Shown here in pieces: positions 18,161-26,562 of a stretch of 38,925 nucleotides of DNA; position 1 is the first letter of the stretch, and each line of letters starts with the position of its first letter. The notes beneath the pieces are model-generated. The model was not told the origin of the DNA and made no database searches. It worked only from the letters and a program-made list of their open reading frames with translations. Source of the DNA: an uncultured bacterium. Its GTDB lineage: Bacteria; Muiribacteriota; Ozemobacteria; Ozemobacterales; Ozemobacteraceae. Made by a program: the position numbers and the translations under genes. The DNA lies in NCBI GenBank assembly GCA_964585025.1, contig CAZPCO010000001.1:1-38925 (forward strand), given 5' to 3'.

Positions 18161-18565
18161 TCAGTTGATCTTGACTTCGATTGATCTGGGCTTGGTAGCT
18201 TCAGCGCGGGGTAAAAAGATTGAGAGTACGCCATTTTTGAGTTCAGCATCGATTTTTTCCTGATCGACACTTTCACTGAGTTCAAACTGTCTGAAATAGT
18301 TCGAGGGTTCGAATTCTCTGATCAGATAGTTGGTATCGCCGGCAGTGGCGTTGACATGACCTTCGATGCTGAGAATGTCCTTTTCGACAGAGAGCTTGAG
18401 ACCAGACTTTTCTACGCCCGGCATATCGACAAGCACGTGAAGGCCGTTTTCTTCTTCATAAATATCGGTAAGCGGTGTTACATAAGCTTCTGGATGCCGG
18501 GTAACTTCGCGTTTAACGATCTGTGAGTCATTGTTCTGGGTTGCGGGAATGGTTTTTTCAGCCAT
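18161..18565 (-). CDS. Small heat-shock protein, Hsp20/alpha-crystallin family (second copy)
   Basis: The alpha-crystallin domain is PLTDIYEEENGLHVLVDMPGVEKSGLKLSVEKDILSIEG...FRQFELSESVDQEKIDAELKNGVLSIFLPR. ATG 18565 is preferred because AGGAG lies 8 nt upstream; the ORF-track start is 18583. Confidence 0.92.
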   Translation of the reverse strand: MAEKTIPATQNNDSQIVKREVTRHPEAYVTPLTDIYEEENGLHVLVDMPGVEKSGLKLSVEKDILSIEGHVNATAGDTNYLIREFEPSNYFRQFELSESVDQEKIDAELKNGVLSIFLPRAEATKPRSIEVKIN

Positions 18566-18596
18566 GGTAGTTTCTCCTTTCATACTAAGCGATTGA

Positions 18597-19040
18597 TCAG
18601 AGCTTGATTTCGATCTGGCGGGGCCGGGCTTCTTCTGCCTTCGGCAGGGTGATTTTCAGAATGCCGCTGTTGTATTCAGCCTGAACTTTGTCCGGGTCGA
18701 TCGGATTTGGCAGTTCGATAGTGCGGGTGAATTTGCCGGCCGAGCGTTCGTTGCGGTGGAATTTGTCACCGTCGACTTTGACTTTTGCCTTTTCACCGCT
18801 GATCGTCAGTTTGTCGCGCAACGCGGTAACTTTGAGGCTTTCGGTGTCGAGGCCAGGTGCAAGAGCTTCTACCACAATATTCTGGTCATCTGATGAAATG
18901 TTCATCATCGGAAAGTGTCTGGCCGAAATGCCCGGAAGAAAAGCCATGCGGGGCCAGCCGCCGACCGAATTGAGCCTTGAAAGTTCGCCGAGCTGTGACT
19001 GCAGCTGATCCATTTCTTTCAGAAAATTCCAGATATTCAT
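18597..19040 (-). CDS. Small heat-shock protein, Hsp20/alpha-crystallin family (first copy)
   Basis: AGGAGG lies 8 nt before ATG 19040. The domain is PMMNISSDDQNIVVEALAPGLDTESLKVTALRDKLTISGEK...FTRTIELPNPIDPDKVQAEYNSGILKITLPK. Confidence 0.92.
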   Translation of the reverse strand: MNIWNFLKEMDQLQSQLGELSRLNSVGGWPRMAFLPGISARHFPMMNISSDDQNIVVEALAPGLDTESLKVTALRDKLTISGEKAKVKVDGDKFHRNERSAGKFTRTIELPNPIDPDKVQAEYNSGILKITLPKAEEARPRQIEIKL

Positions 19041-19096
19041 ATTTTAATTCCTCCTGTTTTAACGGGTGGTTTGGATTACGTTACGCCAATGTATAT

Positions 19097-19112
19097 TGCA
19101 ACCAGCGTGCCA
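19097..19112 (-). promoter_or_regulatory. Sigma-54 (-24/-12) promoter upstream of the Hsp20 pair
   Basis: The minus strand reads TGGCACGCTGGTTGCA. It matches TGGCACG-N4-TTGCW at every specified position with the correct GG-to-GC spacing, and lies 56 nt upstream of ATG 19040. Confidence 0.8.
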
Positions 19113-19168
19113 ACTTTTAAAATTCACTGTTGGTGCTGGTTTTACCTTTTGGCCTGCAAAAACCGGGT

Positions 19169-19186
19169 GTTGCATGCAACGTTGCA
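19169..19186. promoter_or_regulatory. Candidate enhancer (UAS) for a sigma-54 activator: a 12-bp perfect palindrome plus an extra half-site
   Basis: GTTGCATGCAAC (19169-19180) is immediately followed by GTTGCA (19181-19186). It lies 56 nt upstream of the -24 element and just downstream of the stop of the preceding gene (19209). Confidence 0.5.
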
Positions 19187-19208
19187 GCAGCGTCGCAGCG
19201 TTCTGATT

Positions 19209-20021
19209 TTATTCGATATAGAGTTCAGGCGACCTGACAGTACCGTTAACCGGCATGCTGTCCAGGCTGAAAATGGTAACGAATCCTGGCCGGGTATCTA
19301 TTTTCGGGTCGGCCATGATAATCATGCCGGGGTCTTCCCAGGTGCCTGTCTGTTTCAGAGTTTCCATTCTCAGTTTGATAATTTCGGTAATATCGAGGAT
19401 GGAAATGCTGTCGCCGGCCCTGATGATGCCGTGACTGCAGACCTTGTCGCTGAAGTCACCACCTTCTGTATGCCAGGTCAGTAATGGAGCCGAATAATAC
19501 CAGTTGCAGCCGTCATCTGCGGTGTCCCTGTTCCTGAATCGGCCCGTGCCTTCCTGAAATGGGCGAAAAAGCGGATAAATGACGACAGGAATGTCTATGC
19601 CATGAGCGTTTTTTATGCTCCTGATCTTCAAAAAGGCCCGGCGCAGCTTGAATCTGTTGATGTCTACCCCGGCCATAGCAAATGCCTGGCTGATATCAAA
19701 CTTCAAGAGATAGCGCAAGGTGGTTGGTCCGCCCCAGACTCCAATTTCACCGCTTGTATCGGCGCCGGCATTGCTCTCTGTCGGCCAGGCGCGGTTCTGT
19801 GCCTGTGGGTGGCGAATAAATGCGTCAGTACCGGTTCTCACTACGACCTGGCCCCGGCGGGTACGGCCGGGAACGAATGGCCAGCGCAGCAGCTTCAGGC
19901 ATTTCGGACATTCGACTGAACCAGAATCTACCGGGTATGAGCAACCTGGGCATCTGGTCAGAGCTTCGACACCAGAAACCGCAAATAGAAGAAAGAGAAG
20001 TGCCAGCACCAGCCGTTTCAT
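19209..20021 (-). CDS. Secreted protein with an N-terminal zinc-ribbon-like CxxC pair and a possible DNRLRE-like beta-sandwich domain
   Basis: The ATG overlaps the upstream stop as ATGA (20018-20021). It has a signal peptide (MKRLVLALLFLLFAVSGVEA) and CPGCSYPVDSGSVECPKC. The segments TLRYLLKFDIS...LRRAFLKIRS...YPLFRPFQEG...LLTWHTEGGDF recall the DNRLRE-domain pattern, from memory and at low confidence. Confidence 0.65.
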   Translation of the reverse strand: MKRLVLALLFLLFAVSGVEALTRCPGCSYPVDSGSVECPKCLKLLRWPFVPGRTRRGQVVVRTGTDAFIRHPQAQNRAWPTESNAGADTSGEIGVWGGPTTLRYLLKFDISQAFAMAGVDINRFKLRRAFLKIRSIKNAHGIDIPVVIYPLFRPFQEGTGRFRNRDTADDGCNWYYSAPLLTWHTEGGDFSDKVCSHGIIRAGDSISILDITEIIKLRMETLKQTGTWEDPGMIIMADPKIDTRPGFVTIFSLDSMPVNGTVRSPELYIE

Positions 20022-22915
20022 TCTGATTTTGGCGTTAACTGTGGGTTCTGCTGAGCTTCGATCTTGATGCGCGCCAGCATTTTGCCTGCATAGATGCCCT
20101 GCTGGCTCTTTGGCCCTGCGGACTTGGCAATCTTGGCAAAAACCTGTGCCGCTTCACGGTAGGCTCTCCGTCGATAGTAAACCATGCCGAGATTGAGCCT
20201 CAGCGTAATGTCTTCAGGGCTGATACTGGTGGCCATCACGTAGGCTTTAGTGGCATCGATAAGCTTGCCGGTTTTGTAATACAGATTGCCAAGAGCGGAG
20301 TATACATATGCGGCGCGTGGGTTGATCTTGACCGCATCTTTGAGAAATTTTTCGGCTTCGCGGGTTGCACCCTGCCTCATCTGCTTCATGCCTTCATTGA
20401 AGGCTTTCTGGAACATTTCCTGCTGCTTGCGGGCGTTTGCGATAGCCTTTTCAGTCTTCTTGAACTCTTCGGGGGGAAGAATAGATTCCAGGGCCGAAAG
20501 CGCATCACGGCTGATCACCGGATCCTTGTCCTTTAGAGCCTGTATCAGCACTGTTTTTGCTGTGGCGGCCTTCATGATACCCAGGCCTCTTATTGCGGCG
20601 CGGCGCTCATCCCAGTTTGATTCCGGCTGTGCCAGCCTGATCATTTCGGGGATTATTTCCGGATTGCCGAGTTCTGCAAGTGCCTCGATGAATACCTGTC
20701 GCGAATCGCTGTCTTTTTCCCGATCAAAGCGCTTTTTCAGCTCTTCATAACAACGCGGGTGAGTTGTGCGGGCCAATGCCCTGATAATATGATTCTTCAG
20801 GTCAAGTGTGTCTTCATCGAGCAACTTCAGTAGATCGATAAAGGCACGGTTAACTCTCATTTCGCCGAGAATTCTGATTGCCTGAAACTTCAGCGACCAT
20901 GATTCGCGCTGCAGGGTCGATATCAGACCGGGAACGGCGTGGTCATCTCCGATCTTTCCTAGAGATATGATGGCGGCCATTGCCAGGTCTTCATCATCGT
21001 CTTCCAGAGCTTCACTGAGGGCGCTTACAGCTGAGCTGTCGCCTAGTATGCCCAGAGTTTCAGCTGCCGCAATACGCGCCGGCCAGTATTCATCTTTGAG
21101 GTGTGGTTGAATGGCAGCACTGTCGTCTGCGACACCAATCTGGCCAATGCTGAGAATTGCCTGTCTTCTGATTTCTTCGGATTTGCTCTGTAACAGCTGC
21201 ATGATTTGTGCCCGGGCTTCCTTTCTGAAGCCAAGCAGGGTTCGGCGTATCCAGTAATTTACATGTTCGTCGAATTTTCCGAGATTTTTGCACAACCGCG
21301 GTACGATCAGGTCTGCATTCATGCGCTGAAAAGTGTTGCAGACGCTCTCGAGCAGACTGCGCTTTTCGCTTTTAAACAGGGCAAAAAGATCGTCGATTAT
21401 TTCGGCTCCGTAGTTGGCCAGTGCTTTTTGAGCTGCATCACGTATCGATTCAGAAGTGTCTTCCAGTGCTTTGAAAAGCAGCGGCAGCGAGATTCCTGAC
21501 CTGATTTTGCCGAGTGATCGCAATACCCAGTATCTGGTTTCGGAATCAGCCGTATCTGTGGCCAGTGCCGATAGTTCCATGAGAGCGTCTTCACCATAAC
21601 TGCCAAGCACATCGGAAGTCGTTTTTCTTATGGTCCAGGATCGGTCCTTAAAAAGCCTTACCAGGTGTGTGTAAACTCCGTTCGGCTTAATGGCACCAAT
21701 CGAACGGAGTGCCCAGTAGCGGACATCCTCTTCAGCTGAATTCAAGGCCTGAAGAAGGGTGGGCACCGCTTTGCCGCCGAAGCGGGAAATAGCCTGACAG
21801 GCGTGTTTTCTAACTACCCAGGCCGGGTCAAGAAAACGTTCGACGATATGTGGCAGTGCGTCGGCATTGAGATAAAAGCTCATGGCTTCAAGAGCGGCCA
21901 TGCGAATTTCAGGGTCGGGGTCGGAGAGAAATTTTCTGATTTCAGGGTAGGCACTTTTCTCATGCATCTTGCCGAGAATTTTGATTGCCCAGTAGCGTCT
22001 TTCCTTATCCTGACTTTCAAGGGCGGAAACTAGCGGAAAAACCGCTTCGCTGCCCATGTCTGTAAGAGCCTGTGCTGCTAACGCTCTTCCCATCCAGTAT
22101 TCGCTCGAAAGCGAATCCATGAGATATGGAATCGAATGGGTACCGAAATCTTTGAGTATCTCGTAGATCAGGTCTCTAATCATTTCGGAGGGCTGTGACA
22201 AGGCTTCGAAAAGTTTGGCCGCTACATTCGGGTCGCCAATTTCGCGCAGAGCCCGCAAAGCGGCGATTCGCACTCCTATGTCACGATCCTGGAGTTTTTC
22301 CAGAAGCAGTTTGGTGTGGGTTCGGTCACGCAGATGGCCCAGGCAGATGGCAGCCCAGAATCTGACGTTGGCGTCGTTGTCTTCGATCGCAGATTTGAGA
22401 GCTTCGCTTGCTCCCTTTCCCATTTTTGCGATCGCCATTGCTGATCTCGACCTGATTTTCCATGATTTATCGCCAAATTGCCGGATCAACAGAGCCATGC
22501 TGGCGCGCGGATGTCTGGAAAGGCTGCGTGCTGCCATGTTTGCAACTTCGTCGCGGGCGTCGCGCATCAGGGTCATTAAACCTTCAGTGGATTCAGCGGT
22601 GTCACATGACCCGAGAGCATGTGCGACACGCAGTCTGACATCTGCAGATTTGTCTCTGACGAGTGGCAACAGAAGGTCGGCAAGATTGCCCGGATTGATG
22701 AGACCAAGAGCTTCAATTGCGGCGCAACGAACCTCGCGTGAACGGTCGTGCAGTATGCCGGCGAGGGGTTCCACGGCAATTGGTGTTTTCAGTCGACCCA
22801 GAGCTTTAACGGCTTTGAGACGCTTGGTGATCAAAGTTGACCTGAGATCGGTCACCAGATCTTCGATTTCCTTCTGAATCTGGGTATCAACCTTGAAAGG
22901 AGTCTTATCGCTCAT
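20018..22915 (-). CDS. Large cytoplasmic HEAT-repeat (PBS-lyase-like) protein with C-terminal TPR repeats
   Basis: It contains about 20 or more repeats of the type R..A..ALG.IGD..A...L...L.D....VR..A..AL. The C-terminus is AVKINPRAAYVYSALGNLYYKTGKLIDATKAYVMATSISPEDITLRLNLGMVYYRRRAYREA. ATG 22915 (MSDKTPF) is preceded by GAGG; the ORF track extends to 22978. Confidence 0.85.
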   Translation of the reverse strand: MSDKTPFKVDTQIQKEIEDLVTDLRSTLITKRLKAVKALGRLKTPIAVEPLAGILHDRSREVRCAAIEALGLINPGNLADLLLPLVRDKSADVRLRVAHALGSCDTAESTEGLMTLMRDARDEVANMAARSLSRHPRASMALLIRQFGDKSWKIRSRSAMAIAKMGKGASEALKSAIEDNDANVRFWAAICLGHLRDRTHTKLLLEKLQDRDIGVRIAALRALREIGDPNVAAKLFEALSQPSEMIRDLIYEILKDFGTHSIPYLMDSLSSEYWMGRALAAQALTDMGSEAVFPLVSALESQDKERRYWAIKILGKMHEKSAYPEIRKFLSDPDPEIRMAALEAMSFYLNADALPHIVERFLDPAWVVRKHACQAISRFGGKAVPTLLQALNSAEEDVRYWALRSIGAIKPNGVYTHLVRLFKDRSWTIRKTTSDVLGSYGEDALMELSALATDTADSETRYWVLRSLGKIRSGISLPLLFKALEDTSESIRDAAQKALANYGAEIIDDLFALFKSEKRSLLESVCNTFQRMNADLIVPRLCKNLGKFDEHVNYWIRRTLLGFRKEARAQIMQLLQSKSEEIRRQAILSIGQIGVADDSAAIQPHLKDEYWPARIAAAETLGILGDSSAVSALSEALEDDDEDLAMAAIISLGKIGDDHAVPGLISTLQRESWSLKFQAIRILGEMRVNRAFIDLLKLLDEDTLDLKNHIIRALARTTHPRCYEELKKRFDREKDSDSRQVFIEALAELGNPEIIPEMIRLAQPESNWDERRAAIRGLGIMKAATAKTVLIQALKDKDPVISRDALSALESILPPEEFKKTEKAIANARKQQEMFQKAFNEGMKQMRQGATREAEKFLKDAVKINPRAAYVYSALGNLYYKTGKLIDATKAYVMATSISPEDITLRLNLGMVYYRRRAYREAAQVFAKIAKSAGPKSQQGIYAGKMLARIKIEAQQNPQLTPKSE

Positions 22916-23053
22916 ACTCGACCTCACTGCTGGAAGAAGAATTGCATCAGGCACCCCGCCCGGCAAATAAAATAACATTATTCATTCAATATTGCTCGAC
23001 TCTTTTGACAATATGTCGCCAGTGCCTATCCTTTTGCGGCTTTTGCACAGGTG

Positions 23054-23082
23054 TTGACCAAAAAAGGTTTAATCTATATCAT
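23054..23082 (+). promoter_or_regulatory. Candidate sigma-70 promoter for the 23116 gene
   Basis: -35 TTGACC (23054-23059), a 17-nt spacer and -10 TATCAT (23077-23082), 34 nt upstream of the ATG. A second candidate, TTGACA (23005-23010)-16 nt-TATCCT, lies further upstream. Confidence 0.5.
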
Positions 23083-23115
23083 GGCCCTGTTATGACCTTG
23101 ATTAAGGGGGAAGTT

Positions 23116-23970
23116 ATGAAAAAGCTTTCAATCGCTTTATTGTTCACTGCTTTCATTTTCGCTGCCGCCTTTGGCTGGGCTGCTGACATCAATTCCGGCA
23201 TTTCTGATGACGTCATCGCTGCCGGTGATCCGCCAATCACTGGTTATGCCGTTGACTGTCATATCAGAATTCTTGAATTCATTCTCGGCACCAGAATGAC
23301 CGTGGCCCAGAAAGAAGTCTTTCTTGCCGCAATCAAGGAAGAAAGCGCCGCCATGTCCCGGGAAGACCGCGAAAATTTTCTGCAGGCTGTTGAACTTGCC
23401 GATTCGCTTTCGCAGCTCGATGAAGAAAATCGTGAAATCATCCGCAGTGATCTCGAAAAGGATTTTATGGCAAGTGCCGGCGAGTTGAATGATGATCCGG
23501 CCGGCCAGCAGTTTATGAAATTGAAGAATGAAAGTTTCAAACTGGTTTTGGATCAGGCTGAAGCTAATGTTACCAACCAGTCTGTCGAAGCTCTTGCTGA
23601 ATATCTTGCTTTTATTGCGCAGCCAGATAAGCCGGCCTGGCCTGATGTTAAAGCTCTGGATGCCATCAAGGTCAGAGTTAAGGCGGGCTTTGCTTCATTT
23701 TCCGTCGACGAACGCAACGCTCTCGATGATTTTCAACTGACCTGGTATTTGATCAGAGCCGCCTGGCAGGGTACTGCCGATGCCGCCAAAAAGGATGCCT
23801 GGCGCAAGTCTTTTGCCACTGTTGGCCTCAAGGCAGGCGAAGCTCCTGAAGTTGCCAAAATCAAGGCTGCAATTTCTACCGACATTTATGGCGATATGCT
23901 CGATGCGGCCACTCAGATGGGCGTAGGCCCTCTTGAATGGTCTGCCAGCACCACTGCAAGAATCTGGTAA
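23116..23970 (+). CDS. Hypothetical secreted, mostly helical protein
   Basis: AAGGGGGAAG lies before ATG 23116. The signal peptide is MKKLSIALLFTAFIFAAAFGWAA. No family is recognised. Confidence 0.7.
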   Translation: MKKLSIALLFTAFIFAAAFGWAADINSGISDDVIAAGDPPITGYAVDCHIRILEFILGTRMTVAQKEVFLAAIKEESAAMSREDRENFLQAVELADSLSQLDEENREIIRSDLEKDFMASAGELNDDPAGQQFMKLKNESFKLVLDQAEANVTNQSVEALAEYLAFIAQPDKPAWPDVKALDAIKVRVKAGFASFSVDERNALDDFQLTWYLIRAAWQGTADAAKKDAWRKSFATVGLKAGEAPEVAKIKAAISTDIYGDMLDAATQMGVGPLEWSASTTARIW

Positions 23971-23980
23971 GGGGGTTGAC

Positions 23981-24559
23981 ATGCCTTCCATTACCATGAA
24001 AAAGAAGTATCACGTCAGGGAACTGGTCGGTGCGACCAGTCTGGGTGAATACTATCTGATTGCCGACCCCGATAACGACCGTGGCATAGCGGTAGTTGAA
24101 GAGCGGACCGAGTGGTCGCAGTTGATTGCCCGAGCCTTTCTGGACAAAGCTTTTCTTCCGGTTGAGCTGGTGATGAAGAACGTTGACGGCGCTGAAATTC
24201 TTAGAATAACCAAGCCCGCTTCACTTCTAACCTCGGCGTTTACCGTGCGTAATGCCGATGGCAAGGTGCTCTGTATTTTGAAACATCGGATTTCATTGTT
24301 CAGACCCTGTGTTGCAGTGGAGGATGAGCGTGGTCAGACCCTGGGAAGCATTGAAGGTTGCTGGAAGTTTCGATTGTTTCAGTTCAGAGATACCAACGGC
24401 AACCCGGTATCGACGATCAGGCATCTGTATGGCGGTATTGCAAGAGAGTTGCTGACTACCGCCGATGATTATGAAGTCGACATACATGCCGATTCATCGA
24501 TGACCTTGATCAGCCTTGCGGCGACGATCTGTATCGATTTTATGTTCCACGAAGGTTGA
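23981..24559 (+). CDS. Phospholipid-scramblase-family (PLSCR/LURP-one-like beta-barrel) protein
   Basis: AAGGGGG lies before ATG 23981. The repeated-hairpin pattern (ILRITKPASLLTSAFTVRNADGKVLCILKHRISLFRPCVAVEDERGQTLGSIEGCWKFRLFQFRDTNGNPV) and the C-terminal hydrophobic helix (MTLISLAATICIDFMF) are typical of the scramblase family. Confidence 0.65.
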   Translation: MPSITMKKKYHVRELVGATSLGEYYLIADPDNDRGIAVVEERTEWSQLIARAFLDKAFLPVELVMKNVDGAEILRITKPASLLTSAFTVRNADGKVLCILKHRISLFRPCVAVEDERGQTLGSIEGCWKFRLFQFRDTNGNPVSTIRHLYGGIARELLTTADDYEVDIHADSSMTLISLAATICIDFMFHEG

Positions 24560-25451
24560 CAGGCATTAGTCCAAGTTGTTTTGCCCGGCGCCTGGCCCAG
24601 TAATGGGCCAGGCGCCCGCTTATATCAGCTGCTTTGAGAGCGATATTCAGATGAGCTTTGGTGAATGGTGTCAGGTATGCCAGGTTGATCATTTGCCGGT
24701 AAAGGGAGTTGGCATCAGGGCAGGAAAAAAATATTTCGGCATTTGTGCCCTGCATTTGCCAGCGTTTGCGCAATTTTGCCGCGGCGGCTTCGCCATCGCG
24801 CATGCTTATTACCGCATTGAATGGACCTGAAAGTTGAAACGGCCGGCCCTGAATCTGATCGATTGCCTGTGCTGCCGCATCAGCAAGCCGGGTACGTATT
24901 TGCTGCGCTCCTTCATGCAGAGGTTTGTCGACGACAAAAGTATGCATGCCTCTGATGGCATCGGCTGCCTGCCTGCATGCGACTCCGCAACCTGAAAAAA
25001 AGGCAGGTATCAGACCGGCGGGTGCCAGTGACGAAGCAAACAGCTCTGCTTCGGTAATCGGTTGGCCATTAACTGTCACTGAGGCGAATTTTGAAGTCAG
25101 CGTGTGGGGCAAAAAACCTTCAGTCCCGGATGCAGCATGCATTCCGGTCATGATGAGGGTGTCGAAACCTTCAACTGTTCCAATTCCAACTATGGGTTCG
25201 GCCTGATACCCCTGATCGAGCTCTATGCGACTGTCGATAAGCTCACGAAACAGGTTATAACCAGTGCGGTGAAAGTCCTTGACTCTTATTTTCCCTGCTC
25301 CGCCGCTCAGAAGACGCTGCCCGAGACAGTTAATGTCATGAGACATCTCGACGCAGGCTCTTACCCAGCCATCGTTGAACAGTTGTGCGTCAGAACGCTG
25401 CAGACAGCCTGTCGATCCTTCGATATCGGCAATGACAAAAACCGAGGTCAT
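24540..25451 (-). CDS. Peptidase M55 family, D-aminopeptidase DppA-like
   Basis: The N-terminus MTSVFVIADIEGSTGC and the segment IMTGMHAASGTEGFLPHT fit the M55 signature. Its start overlaps the YitT-like stop as TAATG. Confidence 0.75.
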   Translation of the reverse strand: MTSVFVIADIEGSTGCLQRSDAQLFNDGWVRACVEMSHDINCLGQRLLSGGAGKIRVKDFHRTGYNLFRELIDSRIELDQGYQAEPIVGIGTVEGFDTLIMTGMHAASGTEGFLPHTLTSKFASVTVNGQPITEAELFASSLAPAGLIPAFFSGCGVACRQAADAIRGMHTFVVDKPLHEGAQQIRTRLADAAAQAIDQIQGRPFQLSGPFNAVISMRDGEAAAAKLRKRWQMQGTNAEIFFSCPDANSLYRQMINLAYLTPFTKAHLNIALKAADISGRLAHYWARRRAKQLGLMPVNLRGT

Positions 25452-26341
25452 TACTGATCTTTGACCTTTTGAAAGCGAACTTCATCTTCGAGTCTGGTAA
25501 AGCCCTGGCCGATCACCTGGCGTGCATCGCCGACAATGACAAATGCTTTTGGGTCCTGATCATAAATTATGCGTCTGAGAACCGGCAGTTCCCCTCGACG
25601 TACCGCAGTCAGCAGAACTCCAACCGGTTTGCCCGAATACATGCCGATTCCTTCGAGGCTGGTGACACCACGATGCAGTTCTTCAATGATGGCCCAGCTG
25701 ATCACATCTGACTGCTTTGAAATAATTATCACGCTTCTGAAAACTGACATGCCTTCGAGAACCGTATCGATGACGGTGCTGGTGAAGAAAACGGTTATAA
25801 GGCCATACAATGCGAGCTCGGTTCCGAATGACATGCCGGCCAGACCGGTGACGACAATATTAGACACCAGAGTCACGTCACCGATGGGTATGCGATATTT
25901 GAAGTGGAGAATCTGGCTGACTATATCCATGCCACCGCTTGTGCCACCGGCTTTGAATGTGATGCCGATGCCGATGCCAGAGATGATGCCGCCATAAAGA
26001 CCGGCAAGTATGGGGTTGGTCGTCATCGGGGCAACCGGAAAAACATTCATCATGAGTTCAATGGCAATCGAGTTGATGATGATCGAGAACAGGGTTTTCC
26101 ATGCTGAACCTCGGCCGATTATCTTTGCCTGAAGGGCAATCAGGATGACATTGCATACGAGAATAGTGATACCAACCGGCATTTTGGCTAGAAAAAACAG
26201 GATAGTTGCGATGCCTGAAATGCCGCCTGGAGCGATTTTGTTGGGAACGGTAAATGCAACCATGCTGAATGCAAGCAGGATTGCGCCTAAGATCAGGTAG
26301 AAAATATCAAGAGCTCGAACGGGTTCTGATGATTTTGCCAT
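25451..26341 (-). CDS. YitT-family membrane protein with a C-terminal DUF2179 domain
   Basis: Motifs: NKIAPGGISGIATILFF, KAGGTSGGMDIVSQIL, and the C-terminal SVIIISKQSDVISWAIIEELHRGVTSLEGIGMYSGKP. ATG 26341 is preferred because GGAG lies 5 nt upstream. The longer start 26404 would sit inside the predicted promoter. Confidence 0.85.
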   Translation of the reverse strand: MAKSSEPVRALDIFYLILGAILLAFSMVAFTVPNKIAPGGISGIATILFFLAKMPVGITILVCNVILIALQAKIIGRGSAWKTLFSIIINSIAIELMMNVFPVAPMTTNPILAGLYGGIISGIGIGITFKAGGTSGGMDIVSQILHFKYRIPIGDVTLVSNIVVTGLAGMSFGTELALYGLITVFFTSTVIDTVLEGMSVFRSVIIISKQSDVISWAIIEELHRGVTSLEGIGMYSGKPVGVLLTAVRRGELPVLRRIIYDQDPKAFVIVGDARQVIGQGFTRLEDEVRFQKVKDQ

Positions 26342-26375
26342 GCAATCTCCGGTAAAAGGTTCGAAAATTGCGGGC

Positions 26376-26404
26376 ATTCTAGCACAGAAGAAGAACCTCG
26401 ACAA
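26376..26404 (-). promoter_or_regulatory. Candidate sigma-70 promoter (extended -10) for the YitT-like/DppA-like operon
   Basis: The minus strand reads TTGTCG (26404-26399), a 17-nt spacer, then TGC-TAGAAT (-10 at 26381-26376). Confidence 0.55.
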
Positions 26405-26435
26405 TCGCAGGCTTTATTATCTCAGTGGTCTATGC

Positions 26436-26464
26436 TTGATTTTACCTGACGATTAAGTTAGGAT
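26436..26464 (+). promoter_or_regulatory. Weak sigma-70 promoter candidate for the sORF/sensor/TPR/GGDEF operon
   Basis: TTGATT (26436-26441), a 17-nt spacer and TAGGAT (26459-26464), about 100 nt upstream of the sORF. Confidence 0.3.
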
Positions 26465-26562
26465 AAGGCCTAAAAGTGGTGCAAACCGTTTTCAGTCTTC
26501 GGTATTGAATTGTCCTCGGTAGAAAATGACAAATTTGCAGTGGCTGCAGTTAAGGGTGAAGT

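Noticed and set aside
19041-19096. Possible ROSE-like RNA thermometer in the hsp20 5' UTR (CCACC upstream of GGAGG)
   Set aside because: Only a 5-nt anti-SD with a central A-A mismatch is present. There is no U(U/C)GCU motif or multi-hairpin ROSE architecture.
22215-22877. 220-aa Arg/Ser-rich ORF antisense to the HEAT-repeat gene
   Set aside because: Its composition is low-complexity (R/S/A-rich). It is opposite a clear repeat-protein frame and has no start context.
26478-26487. GGTGCAAACC, reminiscent of the GGGCAAACC segment of c-di-GMP-I (GEMM-I) riboswitches, upstream of a c-di-GMP operon
   Set aside because: The second conserved half (ACGCAAAGC with its paired helices) is absent, and I could not draw the two-helix GEMM fold.
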